This document shows positions 1 to 9,572 of a stretch of 64,000 bases of DNA, one piece after another. The notes under the pieces are model-generated. The model saw only the letters and a list, made by a program, of their open reading frames with translations, was not told where the DNA came from and made no database searches. The first letter of the stretch is position 1, and each line of letters starts with the position of its first letter. A program made the translations under genes and the position numbers. The DNA is taken from the IMG/VR virus record IMGVR_UViG_3300045971_000577, positions 62,001 through 126,000 of that record, one strand, 5' to 3'.

Positions 1-363
1 TTTCATCAATTGATCGTTGTCGTGAATTGCCCGATACAGGATGTTGTTTTCCTGAATCCAAACTTCTTGCTGCAACAGAACTTGCTTTCCGTCTGCTTGC
101 ACCAATGGATATCTATTGCCAGTACCGTTCATGCCATTCCAGTAAAGCACCATCATTGGTAGCGCATCACTCTTGGTAGAACACACAATACGAAGTGAAG
201 CGAATGCCTTCTCAGACTTCTCGGCTATACGAGTACCAGTTGCTGCTGTGTGGTAAATGTAGCCCACAGGGGTCTTATCCTTACCCGGAACTTCTGTAAG
301 CGTCCACTGTGCTGACGCAGAAAAAGCGAAAAGGAGTAACACACTACTTAGAAGTTTCTTCAT
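1..363 (-). CDS. secreted/periplasmic hypothetical protein (3' end runs off window)
   Basis: Hand-translated: ATG at 363, MKKLLSSVLLLFAFSASA|QWTLTEV..., classic Sec signal peptide with ASA site; open to position 1. Confidence 0.8.
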   Translation of the reverse strand, partial: MKKLLSSVLLLFAFSASAQWTLTEVPGKDKTPVGYIYHTAATGTRIAEKSEKAFASLRIVCSTKSDALPMMVLYWNGMNGTGNRYPLVQADGKQVLLQQEVWIQENNILYRAIHDNDQLMK

Positions 364-385
364 ATTTGTTTTGATAATGTGTAAC

Positions 386-414
386 ATTATACGATATAAC
401 GATTGTAAAGTCAA
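386..414 (-). promoter_or_regulatory. sigma70-type early promoter
   Basis: TTGACT-N17-TATAAT on minus strand. Confidence 0.8.
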
Positions 415-440
415 AAAAAATCGCGCCCGAAGACGCGATT
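413..440 (-). terminator. intrinsic terminator
   Basis: AATCGCGTC-TTCG-GGCGCGATT hairpin followed by T run, just after stop of 456..794. Confidence 0.8.
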
Positions 441-455
441 GAATAGTAGACGATA

Positions 456-794
456 TTAACAGTAATCACCCAGGATTTTTTCTACCTGCTCATTTATGTC
501 TTTTTCTAGTCTATCTGTATTTATAAATATCTTAACGTCACGCATTTTCTTAAATGAATCTTCCATTACTTCCCAGTTAGATGATTTATTTACCGGGATA
601 GGATGTGTCAGTTCATCGCCGCTGAGTTCGACTACATTACCATCATAATACTGCACCAGTATATGTTCTATGTATATTGCAGGAATTTCTTTCGCATCAA
701 CTTCTTTAACTATTCTGTCAAAGACTGATGGACGTGCAATCCTATTGATAGCCTTGTCAAGGTTGAAACTCGTAATTGACTTTTTACCAGCCAT
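456..794 (-). CDS. hypothetical phage protein
   Basis: 112 aa ORF, GGAGG SD, CTAAATA late-type motif at 818-824. Confidence 0.8.
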   Translation of the reverse strand: MAGKKSITSFNLDKAINRIARPSVFDRIVKEVDAKEIPAIYIEHILVQYYDGNVVELSGDELTHPIPVNKSSNWEVMEDSFKKMRDVKIFINTDRLEKDINEQVEKILGDYC

Positions 795-873
795 TATGTC
801 ACCTCCCGGTTATCTACTATTTAGTAGAAATATGTCTGGATAAACCAGACATATTACGGGAATGGCTTCAGTT

Positions 874-1659
874 TTACTTCGCTGCTCTTGCTGCATCGCG
901 TTTCAGCTTTGCTGCCACCTTAGCATCAAGGTCCGACTCTTTCTTCTCGACTTTTGCTTCAGCTGCCTTACGCTGATCACGCTCTCTGCGTTTTGTCTTG
1001 CGTTCTTCTAGCTTTTCCGCCTTTAGTTCCTCTGGATCTGCTGGTCGGCCACGCCCAGGCTTTAGCTCAGGGACAAGGGCGTATGCTTCTTCTCTTTTTG
1101 CGTCAGCTTGCGCTTCTAGGGCGTCTGCTTGGCTGATAAGAACCTTTGCCTGTGCTACTGAATCCATTACCAGAGGTGTCTTGCCCATCATCTTAGCAGC
1201 TAACTCTTCTGCCGCTGCCTGCTTTTCAGCTGGTGTACGAGTGTCTACTGGTGCTGCAGGAGTTGTTTCACCCTTCTGCTTCGCAATATACTCATCTACT
1301 TTCTTATCAATAGTTGCATTAATAAGTGCTAACGGTACCGGCTGATTTGGCAGAGGGAACATGGTCACGTTGGACACAGGTTCCTTACGTAGGTGCCCTC
1401 GTTGATGGAGTGCTGTCAGGCAGTTCAATCCGTCGGGAAATGTTCTGCGATTCAGTACTTCATAAAAGTCATTTGTTTCAAATGCTTCTCTGCTGTTCAG
1501 CGCCTGAATAACATAATCGTGATAACTGTCGGGTAGACGTTCAGTCTCGACAATCAAACAACTATTTTCGTCGTTAGGAAGTTTACGGAATACCACGGCC
1601 ACACGAACTCCAGTATTAGAAAGTGTGCCGGCGTGTTTTTTTAGGTTGTCAACAGCCAT
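874..1659 (-). CDS. hypothetical phage protein with charged C-terminal tail
   Basis: 261 aa ORF, AGGAG SD, K/E/R-rich helical C-terminus with GRGRP motif. Confidence 0.85.
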   Translation of the reverse strand: MAVDNLKKHAGTLSNTGVRVAVVFRKLPNDENSCLIVETERLPDSYHDYVIQALNSREAFETNDFYEVLNRRTFPDGLNCLTALHQRGHLRKEPVSNVTMFPLPNQPVPLALINATIDKKVDEYIAKQKGETTPAAPVDTRTPAEKQAAAEELAAKMMGKTPLVMDSVAQAKVLISQADALEAQADAKREEAYALVPELKPGRGRPADPEELKAEKLEERKTKRRERDQRKAAEAKVEKKESDLDAKVAAKLKRDAARAAK

Positions 1660-1690
1660 ATTGTCTCCTTTGGGGCCGCAGCCCCATCAA

Positions 1691-1981
1691 TTACTCAGCG
1701 GTTGCAGGTGCTACTGCTTCGGTTGTTTCGTCTTTCTTTTGAACCGATTCCACATAGGCTAAGAAACCTGCCAACTTGTTGAACGAGTCACCGACTTGAG
1801 AAAGTTCAGCTGCTTGGAAAGCGCCGCGGCGTGATGCCAAGTCAACGATACGAGCCAACAGTTGGAGGTCAGCGATCGTCAACTGAACTGGTTCCAAGCT
1901 GGTTGTTGTTTGTGCTTCGGCTTCTGTGGCTGCCGATACTGTTTCTACTGCAGGTGCTGCGCTCTTCTTTGCTTTTGCCAT
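1691..1981 (-). CDS. hypothetical phage protein
   Basis: 96 aa, GGAG SD, CTAAATA at 2030-2036; core LTIADL...RGAF.A.EL..VG. Confidence 0.85.
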   Translation of the reverse strand: MAKAKKSAAPAVETVSAATEAEAQTTTSLEPVQLTIADLQLLARIVDLASRRGAFQAAELSQVGDSFNKLAGFLAYVESVQKKDETTEAVAPATAE

Positions 1982-2101
1982 TTTTATCTCCGTTTGTTGT
2001 TTAATGGTTAAGTAGTAATCTACTGTTTTTATTTAGCCTCGTTCAACAAAATCGTGGCATTTATGTGGACAAAAATAACCATTATATAGGCGTAGAAAGC
2101 A

Positions 2102-2127
2102 TGAAAGGGGCCCGAAGGCCCCTTTCA
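2102..2127 (-). terminator. intrinsic terminator
   Basis: Hairpin TGAAAGGGGCC-TTCG-GGCCCCTTTCA downstream of the HNH gene. Confidence 0.7.
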
Positions 2128-2141
2128 GTGGGTAGTTTATC

Positions 2142-2768
2142 TTACAACTTACCCGCGTCGTCAAACACATCCATCGGATCAGGAGCAGGCGCTGCCCCGG
2201 GAGTATGTGGAACCACATTAATGAGATGCTCGGGCCAGTCCAAATAATAGGCCCAATCAGCGTCACGGATATAGATAGGCAACTGCTTTCTCTTGTTCAG
2301 AATTTCGTAGTACGTTGGCTTGTGCGGCTTCCTCTTTGGAACAATAGTATGGTCGTTACCCTTTTCACTATTGCATTCCTTGCAAGAAGTACAGACGTTC
2401 AACCAGTTGGTCTTACCACCGTGCGACCTAGGAACAACGTGGTCAAGGGTTAGCAGAGTGTGCTTTACCTTACCATGTTGTTCCTTACATCTCCAAGTGG
2501 TTTGCAGTTGGCAAGTAAAGTCGTCACGCAGATACACATTGTTACGGCTGTACTTCAATCCTCTATTCCACTTGACGTGATCCGTCATTATCACAATGGA
2601 CGGAACCTGCCATTCAGTATGCTGCGAACGAACAACCCAATCATCATAGGTCTTCAGTGTCTTTACCTTATTCGTAAACAGAAGACGCATGGCTACTTGC
2701 CATGTAACCGTCGAAAGCGGCACAAAGGAAAGCGGCTGGCCATCACTATTTAAGAGCAGGGTATCCAC
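2142..2768 (-). CDS. HNH endonuclease (McrA-like)
   Basis: TLLLN..GQPL, SR.NVYLRDDFTCQ, LTLDHVVPRSHGG..NW.NVCTSCKECNSEKG. Confidence 0.9.
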   Translation of the reverse strand: MDTLLLNSDGQPLSFVPLSTVTWQVAMRLLFTNKVKTLKTYDDWVVRSQHTEWQVPSIVIMTDHVKWNRGLKYSRNNVYLRDDFTCQLQTTWRCKEQHGKVKHTLLTLDHVVPRSHGGKTNWLNVCTSCKECNSEKGNDHTIVPKRKPHKPTYYEILNKRKQLPIYIRDADWAYYLDWPEHLINVVPHTPGAAPAPDPMDVFDDAGKL

Positions 2769-2835
2769 AGGATTCTCCGTGTATGTTAGGGGATTTGTTA
2801 TAAGTGTACAGCCGATGTGACATTACGTCAATCGA

Positions 2836-3087
2836 CTATAAAAGAGTAAGGTACTCTTTGAACTCTTCGGGTATGCCACGAAGCTTCATGGCGACAGCAT
2901 CTTCTTCGCGTGCGAAATCAACGCGAAATGTATGGTGTCGTTGATATTTACCATTTAACTCGGTAGTTTGGTCATTATATGTGACCTCATCGCACACTCT
3001 GTCGGCCCAGTCTTTGAAGAAAAGGAGTAGTATGTGGTGTTTATTATCGGTTGCTTTTATCTTGTAGAATAAGGAAGTATGCATCAA
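2836..3087 (-). CDS. small hypothetical protein, F-x-x-x-x-DA-x-x-x-KL family
   Basis: C-terminal VDFAREEDAVAMKLRG. Confidence 0.7.
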   Translation of the reverse strand: MMHTSLFYKIKATDNKHHILLLFFKDWADRVCDEVTYNDQTTELNGKYQRHHTFRVDFAREEDAVAMKLRGIPEEFKEYLTLL

Positions 3088-3114
3088 AGTTGCCTTTGAT
3101 GTATTTACCTTATT

Positions 3115-3396
3115 CTAATCAATTGCAGTGATCAACTTTAGGTTGATTGCACGAATAGCTGCTTCCGCATCACTACGGTACTTTGCCTTTTCGCTATCGG
3201 ATTCGGATCCTGCTGTATTCCACAGCGTTTCGAAGATGTTGTCGAATTCCGATTCCAGCAACTCGTTATCTTCGAGACGTATACCAGCTATCTGTTCGAG
3301 TTCACCGGATGCATCACTCATCATCCGCGAACGGGCGATTGACTTTGCAATCTCCTCGATAAAATCAGGATTAGTAGGAACTAAGTAATCCCTCAT
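3115..3396 (-). CDS. hypothetical acidic protein
   Basis: 93 aa ORF abutting upstream gene. Confidence 0.75.
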   Translation of the reverse strand: MRDYLVPTNPDFIEEIAKSIARSRMMSDASGELEQIAGIRLEDNELLESEFDNIFETLWNTAGSESDSEKAKYRSDAEAAIRAINLKLITAID

Positions 3397-3645
3397 TTAT
3401 TTCTTCGGAGTATGGTCAATAAACCACTGCTTTACAGAGTCGACCATGCCGGGCTCGTGCTGTTGCACAACGACCGGAGCATTTGCCGGTTTTTCGTCTG
3501 AGCCCCACCAACCCTTATTCCACCCGATCATCGCAACGATGATCAACAGTACCAGCAAGATTCTCATAAAATATTTCCTTATCAGTGCACAGGCACTCCA
3601 GATTAGAATAACCGGAAGTGCCCACCAAGGTACATGCAGACTCAT
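3397..3645 (-). CDS. small membrane protein
   Basis: Hydrophobic segments; possible alternative start at 3567 (MRILLVLL). Confidence 0.65.
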   Translation of the reverse strand: MSLHVPWWALPVILIWSACALIRKYFMRILLVLLIIVAMIGWNKGWWGSDEKPANAPVVVQQHEPGMVDSVKQWFIDHTPKK

Positions 3646-3646
3646 C

Positions 3647-4858
3647 TTACTTCCGGTTTTGCGGGCTGTGACCGTCCGGCTCGTACCAAGCAGTCATGCC
3701 AAACGGGGCAACCAGACGGTGTGCAGAGTCACCGTGTATCAGGAACAGGGTGTCGCAATAGTTTTCGTCACCCCAGCTACCGCAAGGATAGCCGTCTGTC
3801 ATCATGATGAAACGCTCGGGCTCGATGCCCTGTTCTTTCATGTAAGTCCAGTTGCACACAAAGTCGGTGCTGCCACCGCCCTTGATATCATACGTATCGA
3901 TTTCGTCGATAGTGTCGGGCGTGAACTTGGCCGGGTTGTACACTCGGGTGTCAAAGCACCAAACCATCAAGTCGAAATCAGTGAACTGTTGCATGATGCC
4001 TTTGACTTCTGTCAACAGATCGCGCAGCATGTCATCGCCCATGGAACCGGAGCAGTCGATTGCCACCGCAGCCGAAACACGAGTGTCTTCCTTCATAGCT
4101 GGCAGACAGATACCGTAGGCCTGTGTCTTTCGTGAGCAGCGGCTCCAGGTAAAGTCGGACTTGATCATGGATTGAAGCTTCATGTTCAGGATCTCACGCC
4201 AGTCCATTTGTGGATCGGTAAGGTCCTTCAGCATGCGCTTCACGCCAGCAGGTGTATTACCGGCGCCAGCTGCCTTGGCAGCTTGCATCACGGCTGCACG
4301 GATTTCGTCGCCCAGCACACGGCGTTCTTCGTCCGTCATCGGTTCGCCCTTGCCGTCTCCCGGTTCCAAGTGAACGTCGAATTCGGGGAACTTCTGGTTC
4401 GGATCCTTGAGCAGTTGTTCGTACACTTCTTCAGCGAACATGCCCTTATACTTGGAATCGAAGCAGGCTTGCACGCCACTGGTCTTCGGATCCGGCAGCT
4501 TGCCGATGTTGTGCTCGTGCAGTTCCCAGTTGATCACGTAGTCAGCCGCAGCGTTCCACATCTTGGGCATGCGACTGCCACGACGCGACATATGGTCGTA
4601 AACGCAGTGTTCAACTTCGTGCGCAACCAGGAAAATCGTTTCGGGCTTGGTCAGCTTGCCGATGAAATCACGGTTGTAGTAGAAGTAACGCCCGTCGGTT
4701 GCCGCAGTGGGGCACCAAGCGGGTTCGTCGTCGGTTGCATCTTTCAGGATCAGTCGCGTAGCGAGCGTGCCCCAGAAAGGTTGTTGCAGAAGCAGAGAAA
4801 TACGAGCACGGGTGAGCTGCTCGAGAATCTGTTCCTTGGAGAATTTGGAAGTTGCCAT
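3647..4858 (-). CDS. zincin-like metallopeptidase (DUF2201-type) + vWA domain protein
   Basis: PTAATDG, HEVEH zinc motif, vWA MIDAS DCSGS, GGGSTDF, MTDGY. Confidence 0.9.
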   Translation of the reverse strand: MATSKFSKEQILEQLTRARISLLLQQPFWGTLATRLILKDATDDEPAWCPTAATDGRYFYYNRDFIGKLTKPETIFLVAHEVEHCVYDHMSRRGSRMPKMWNAAADYVINWELHEHNIGKLPDPKTSGVQACFDSKYKGMFAEEVYEQLLKDPNQKFPEFDVHLEPGDGKGEPMTDEERRVLGDEIRAAVMQAAKAAGAGNTPAGVKRMLKDLTDPQMDWREILNMKLQSMIKSDFTWSRCSRKTQAYGICLPAMKEDTRVSAAVAIDCSGSMGDDMLRDLLTEVKGIMQQFTDFDLMVWCFDTRVYNPAKFTPDTIDEIDTYDIKGGGSTDFVCNWTYMKEQGIEPERFIMMTDGYPCGSWGDENYCDTLFLIHGDSAHRLVAPFGMTAWYEPDGHSPQNRK

Positions 4859-4884
4859 TTAGGGTGTCCTTGTTGCTTGTTTGT

Positions 4885-4913
4885 ATTGTAGCGCGGTCGT
4901 TGATGCTAGTCAA
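4885..4913 (-). promoter_or_regulatory. sigma70-type promoter
   Basis: TTGACT-N17-TACAAT. Confidence 0.75.
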
Positions 4914-4922
4914 CAGGCTGCT

Positions 4923-5141
4923 TTAGATATCAGCAGCGCACTGCCCTGCACAGTGGTCGCAACAGTTGCACAACGACGTGGAATCGTTGTTTATTTCTTC
5001 GGAATAAGGGCAAGTGTGCTCCTCAGTGCCCACAGAGCCACAGCTACAGTGGCCGTGACATAGCACGGCGTATGTGTCATCTTCCGTTCCGGCTACCGGT
5101 TGTTGAAACTCCACCACAGACTCTATTAGTGTCTTAGTCAC
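4923..5141 (-). CDS. small Cys-rich (zinc-binding) protein
   Basis: CSCG...HTCPYSEEI.....LCNCCDHC..QC; true start may be downstream. Confidence 0.65.
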   Translation of the reverse strand: MTKTLIESVVEFQQPVAGTEDDTYAVLCHGHCSCGSVGTEEHTCPYSEEINNDSTSLCNCCDHCAGQCAADI

Positions 5142-5355
5142 CAGCTTTTCCTATGTTTTGGCCGGGTGCGAACGTGATTGTCGCACCCTTGAAGTAACGT
5201 TCATCGCGTTCCGCTTGGCCGTAACCAACCGTCTGCACGCCGATGTCGAATGAAATCGATTCCACAGCCAAACTCATTCTGAGCCAGATTGCCTCTTTGA
5301 TGAGTTGCTCGAGCTCAGGGCTGTCCATTTCAGCGGTTACTTTATTTAGCTTCAT
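5134..5355 (-). CDS. hypothetical protein
   Basis: 73 aa, GAGG SD. Confidence 0.7.
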   Translation of the reverse strand: MKLNKVTAEMDSPELEQLIKEAIWLRMSLAVESISFDIGVQTVGYGQAERDERYFKGATITFAPGQNIGKAGD

Positions 5356-5373
5356 ATATTCCTCGAAAAGTTA

Positions 5374-5562
5374 TCACACACAGAAGCTGTGTGTATCTTT
5401 CACAACAGCTTGGTAAAACCTCGGTGATCTACCAATGCTAGCGATAGTTATTCCACCGGATACACGCCATTGATCTTTTAAGAGCTCATTTACTTTGCAC
5501 TCCAATTGATCCGAAGTATCTGCACTGATAATACGATAATGCTGATTTGGTACCCAGGCCAT
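5374..5562 (-). CDS. small hypothetical protein (DUF1737-like)
   Basis: Y.II...L..KVNELL..W..SGG.......FYQAVVK pattern. Confidence 0.6.
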   Translation of the reverse strand: MAWVPNQHYRIISADTSDQLECKVNELLKDQWRVSGGITIASIGRSPRFYQAVVKDTHSFCV

Positions 5563-5801
5563 TATAGTGCCTTCACGAAGTTGAGTGCGTCTTCGAGCCT
5601 ACCCTCGAACACCCGTTCCTGCATAGAATCGAGAACCTCGAACCGATCTGGATGGTTCTGAGGTTCTCCCCAGGGTCCGGTTTGGCCAGCCCTGTCCATT
5701 CTCGGATGGGAAAGGATGCTCCGCATCTTGTCCGGGGAACGATGATCGTATCTCTCGACCATCTTTCCCTGACAGTAGGTTTTTAGCGTAAACCTTGCCA
5801 C
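5562..5801 (-). CDS. hypothetical protein
   Basis: 79 aa, GTG start after AAGGGG SD. Confidence 0.7.
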   Translation of the reverse strand: MARFTLKTYCQGKMVERYDHRSPDKMRSILSHPRMDRAGQTGPWGEPQNHPDRFEVLDSMQERVFEGRLEDALNFVKAL

Positions 5802-5813
5802 AGAGCCCCTTTC

Positions 5814-6905
5814 TTAGTCTTCCAGGATGTACTTGCCGTACTTCTCGTGGAAGGTCTTGAACGTCTTCAGCTGACGGTGGTTGATCGGCAGAGCGTAGTC
5901 ACGCAGTGCAGTCTTCGCGCCCAGGACGATCATTTCCGTTTGGAAGTTGTCCATCATGAACGTAAAGAAGTTGTCAACACACAGGTGCCAGTCGTCCATA
6001 CCAAACCCGTCTTCCTTGACCTTGGCCTTGGCAACCCACTCCTGGAGCGTGTAGCACATGGAGATGGTCAGCGAGTACATGGCGCTCAGGTCCTTGACGT
6101 TCAGCGTCTTTTCCTTGCCCATCAGCACGTCTTCCGACTTCGGCATACGAGCAGCAACCTTGCGGTGTGCGCTGAATTCAGAAGCCAGGCCTTCACCGAC
6201 AGTACCAGCCACCAGCGCCGTGTTCATCGACTCGGGCAGTTGGTCCGAAATCAGCTGACCAACGAACACCCACGAACGCGGAGTGGCAAACGCCTTGTCC
6301 GGGCTCTTCGGGTCGAAGTTGAACAGCTTCTGCTTGTGGTGCGACAGGAAACCAACCACGTCAGCATGCACGCGGTTGCCGATGGCCCACTTCTGCCAGT
6401 CTTCGAAGTTCGCGCCCATTTCCATGTGGACCAAGCGATTGGCCAGGGGAGACGGCATGCGATAGGTAACGCCCTTGTCGCTGTCGCGGTTGCCAGCGCA
6501 AACCATCGACACACCCTTCGGCAGGTGATATTCGCCAACGCGACGATTCAGGATCAGCTGGTAGGCCGCAGCTTGCACGCTGGGCGGAGCAGCATTGATT
6601 TCGTCCAGGAACAGGATCGCGTTCGCGAACTGGCTCTCCGTCGGCAGGTCAGCCGGTTGAGCCCACTTCATGGTGCGCGTGTCGGGATCGAAGTACGGGA
6701 TGCCCTTGATGTCGGTCGGTTCCAGCAGGAGCAGACGCATGTCGATCACGGGACGATTCGTCTCTTGGCCGATTTCAGCAATCAGTTCCGACTTGCCGAT
6801 ACCGGGCGGGCCCCAGATCATTGCCGGGCGGCCAACGGCCATGCAGCGGGTGAGCAGGGTGCGAACATCGCGCGGACGTTCAATGCGGGACGAGTCAATA
6901 GCCAT
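5814..6905 (-). CDS. MoxR-type AAA+ ATPase
   Basis: Walker A GPPGIGKS, Walker B ILFLDE, AGNR, PLANR, TPRSW. Confidence 0.9.
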   Translation of the reverse strand: MAIDSSRIERPRDVRTLLTRCMAVGRPAMIWGPPGIGKSELIAEIGQETNRPVIDMRLLLLEPTDIKGIPYFDPDTRTMKWAQPADLPTESQFANAILFLDEINAAPPSVQAAAYQLILNRRVGEYHLPKGVSMVCAGNRDSDKGVTYRMPSPLANRLVHMEMGANFEDWQKWAIGNRVHADVVGFLSHHKQKLFNFDPKSPDKAFATPRSWVFVGQLISDQLPESMNTALVAGTVGEGLASEFSAHRKVAARMPKSEDVLMGKEKTLNVKDLSAMYSLTISMCYTLQEWVAKAKVKEDGFGMDDWHLCVDNFFTFMMDNFQTEMIVLGAKTALRDYALPINHRQLKTFKTFHEKYGKYILED

Positions 6906-6951
6906 TTTGTGGTTCTCCGGTTAGTGTTGGGGGTAAATCTGCTATGTATGT

Positions 6952-6980
6952 ATTATGTCTGGTCTGCTGTTTAGCGTCAA
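6952..6980 (-). promoter_or_regulatory. sigma70-type promoter
   Basis: TTGACG-N17-CATAAT. Confidence 0.7.
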
Positions 6981-7231
6981 GCGGTTGCAAACCTTAGTTT
7001 GAATACTAATGCGTCCGATTCATTCGCAAAGTATACATCTGTGTAATCGGTCTGGGTTGGTGAAGACCAGATCCATCCGTCGCCGGCCTGTTTGTTTGCC
7101 CAAGCCACGGCTTCGTCAGTATAGCGATCCCGTTTGATTCGGACAGACGGTAGAAGCTTCAATCGTTCTTGATAGTTGGACCGTGTTAGGCCCAACTTTG
7201 TCATCTTACGGTTGAACTGGTCTGGACTCAC
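6977..7231 (-). CDS. small hypothetical protein, F-x-x-x-x-DA-x-x-FKL family
   Basis: C-terminal VYFANESDALVFKLRF. Confidence 0.75.
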   Translation of the reverse strand: MSPDQFNRKMTKLGLTRSNYQERLKLLPSVRIKRDRYTDEAVAWANKQAGDGWIWSSPTQTDYTDVYFANESDALVFKLRFATA

Positions 7232-7572
7232 TTCACCTTGCCCATCAGGATTTCGACCAGCAGCTTCTCGCTGGATTCTTCGCCAAACGTGGGCCAGATT
7301 TCTTCCAACCTAGCCCTGCTGATTCCTTGGTATCCCTTCTTGAGTTTGGACCGTTCCAGTTTGTCGAGCTCAGCACCCGAGGTGTCCGCCTTGAAGTGTA
7401 TTGCCTTACCGCGAGCGGCCCAAAACACGCAGACGTTCCATCCGCGGTCCTTGGTGAGCTGTTGCCAAAATGGCCACTTCGGATAATCGGGTGTAGGGCG
7501 GTAGAAGTATCCCCAAATCTTGTCGTGGTTGGCTTCATTGCACCAGCCGATAAATCCATATTCCCGTTCCAT
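7228..7572 (-). CDS. WGR-like domain protein
   Basis: HDKIWG...VFWAARGK...SKLKKGY pattern; AGGAG SD. Confidence 0.6.
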   Translation of the reverse strand: MEREYGFIGWCNEANHDKIWGYFYRPTPDYPKWPFWQQLTKDRGWNVCVFWAARGKAIHFKADTSGAELDKLERSKLKKGYQGISRARLEEIWPTFGEESSEKLLVEILMGKVK

Positions 7573-7621
7573 AGAATCTCCTTGCCTCAGTAAACATTAT
7601 AAATCGTGTTCAACGAAATAA

Positions 7622-8248
7622 TTACTTTGCGTTTATCAGCCTCTTGTATGTTTCTTCTTCAGCAAGGGTGGGCCAATCAGCAGCAAAGATCTTGATATCG
7701 TATCCCCAATGTTCGTTGCCACCGCCGCCAGAACCAGTGTGTATACCGATCAGATTGAAGATAGCGGAATACGGATAGGATGACATGTGCTTCTTGGCGC
7801 GGGTCAACGTGCCCCCCACATATCCGGCCCACCCCGGATATCCTGTTGGTGCACCCGGGGTTTTCCCGCACCAGTTCTGAACTCCGCCCTTAGGGCACGA
7901 ATGCGAATTAGACAGATTTGGCTGAAAGTTAGGTTCTCTCTCAAATTCTATCTTGGTGAACTTGTCTGTCTCGGGATAGAACTTATCGCTGCTCCAGGAA
8001 TGTACACCAAGTGCATTACACGATTTCATCAGGAATGCCTGATTTTCGAGAAGCCAAGGACAGATTTCCGAAGGACTGCGAAGCTTATCCTTTTCGGCCG
8101 CAAGCCATGCAGCAAAATCATTCTTGATGGCATTGGCTTCGCGAATGGCCTTGTGTTCTCTTCGAATACGTTGCAGGTGTTTAGCGTATTCCTTATCGTC
8201 CTCGAAGAGTTTGCCGGTAAATCGGCACTTGTTGACAGTTACTTTCAT
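7622..8248 (-). CDS. hypothetical protein
   Basis: Likely start MKVTVNK at 8248 overlapping upstream stop; SNSHSCP..GV.NW, GYPGW.G motifs. Confidence 0.75.
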   Translation of the reverse strand: MKVTVNKCRFTGKLFEDDKEYAKHLQRIRREHKAIREANAIKNDFAAWLAAEKDKLRSPSEICPWLLENQAFLMKSCNALGVHSWSSDKFYPETDKFTKIEFEREPNFQPNLSNSHSCPKGGVQNWCGKTPGAPTGYPGWAGYVGGTLTRAKKHMSSYPYSAIFNLIGIHTGSGGGGNEHWGYDIKIFAADWPTLAEEETYKRLINAK

Positions 8249-8490
8249 CTTACCTTCTGCTTTGTTTGTTCGAAAAGATTGCAACCAAATGTAATTCTGG
8301 TTTGAATAAATTGCTTTTCAGTTCCGGAAACATAAACCATTGTTTTTCTTTCGCCGCACACTCCGTACGACGGATGTTGGTCTCCGGAAATCTGCGGATG
8401 ATTGCAGTCATTCATGTGACCTGCATCATAGGGATTCCCGGTGCCGCTACCGTCGCCCCAATACTTGCAATAACCGCAGATTGGCCTCAC
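8245..8490 (-). CDS. small Cys-containing protein
   Basis: CGYCKYW...FGCNLFE. Confidence 0.7.
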   Translation of the reverse strand: MRPICGYCKYWGDGSGTGNPYDAGHMNDCNHPQISGDQHPSYGVCGERKTMVYVSGTEKQFIQTRITFGCNLFEQTKQKVR

Positions 8491-8852
8491 TGGTATGCCT
8501 TCAGCCTTTGGCGCAGAGATTCAAGGTTTGCTTCAGCTTGCTTGATTTCTTCAAGAAGCTCTTCGCGGCGCGTGATAAACCCGGTGTCCACTATCGGAAT
8601 CACTGTTGCAATGAACTTGATGTCGCCCTGCCAGAAACGATCCAGCGTAAGTGCATAGTTGATCACATCTTCAAGAATACCTTCAACAATGCCCAGTTCT
8701 GCACCTGCACCGCATCCCATGCCGCCGGCGCCATCCATGGGATTTTCACCAGTGATCTTCCATACACCGCGGGTATGTAGCGGATGTTCCGCCACTAGCC
8801 GCTTGCCAGACCAGGAAATGGTCGTGTATTGAATGAACTTGTCGCTGTGCAT
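8487..8852 (-). CDS. hypothetical protein
   Basis: Start MHSDKF after GGAG SD; C-terminal coiled coil. Confidence 0.7.
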   Translation of the reverse strand: MHSDKFIQYTTISWSGKRLVAEHPLHTRGVWKITGENPMDGAGGMGCGAGAELGIVEGILEDVINYALTLDRFWQGDIKFIATVIPIVDTGFITRREELLEEIKQAEANLESLRQRLKAYQ

Positions 8853-8938
8853 GTGTTGCTCCGTAAAATGAGAATGTGGGCACAAGTATTACCCTGTTAC
8901 CCACATTATACTGCCCTACGCGGGCCTGGTCAACTGAC

Positions 8939-9562
8939 TTAGACGATGAACACACCACCGATCAACATTGTTCCAGCAAGCACAACGATCAGCACCCAGA
9001 ATGCCAGCCATTCGCCGTCGTTGTTCAGATCCTTGAAGGTCTTCGGAACACGAATCATTCTTGTTCCCTTGAAGAATCCACCGAAGCGACTGTATTCGAC
9101 CTTTTCGTAGCCAGCCGTGAACAGGCGCATGTAAATCATTTGGGCAATGGTGAGGCCGACAGTGACGAACAGCAAACCATACAGGAGCTTGATAAATGCA
9201 GCACCCGCCACCTTCCAGATGATCAGTGCGGCCGTCAGCTTGCCTGCGTCAGTGTGTAGGAAGTCATTTACCGTAATACCCAGTTCCTTTGCAGCAAGGC
9301 TCAGCGCCTTGGCGAAACCTTCTGCTGCGGCTGCGGCTTGTTGGCCCCAGGTTGCAGCCAGGGTGACCATTGCGGTCACCTGTTTGGGATCGGACGGTGC
9401 TTCTACTCCCTTGGCAGCTTGTGCAACCACTTGGGCGGCATGCGCCTTCAGTTCAGCTACCTGAGCTTCGGTCAGCCCGCTGGTGTCGATGGATGTTTGA
9501 GCAGCAAACGAAGTTGCCGCGCAGAGTGCGAGTGCAACAGTTGCAACGAGTTTACGGAACAT
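8939..9562 (-). CDS. membrane protein with N-terminal signal peptide
   Basis: MFRKLVATVALALCAATSFA; later hydrophobic segments; A..LG.TVNDF..TDAGKL motif. Confidence 0.85.
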   Translation of the reverse strand: MFRKLVATVALALCAATSFAAQTSIDTSGLTEAQVAELKAHAAQVVAQAAKGVEAPSDPKQVTAMVTLAATWGQQAAAAAEGFAKALSLAAKELGITVNDFLHTDAGKLTAALIIWKVAGAAFIKLLYGLLFVTVGLTIAQMIYMRLFTAGYEKVEYSRFGGFFKGTRMIRVPKTFKDLNNDGEWLAFWVLIVVLAGTMLIGGVFIV

Positions 9563-9572
9563 GTAGGGATCT

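Noticed and set aside
5847-6974. 375-aa plus-strand ORF
   Set aside because: Antisense shadow of the GC-biased MoxR gene; no motifs or SD.
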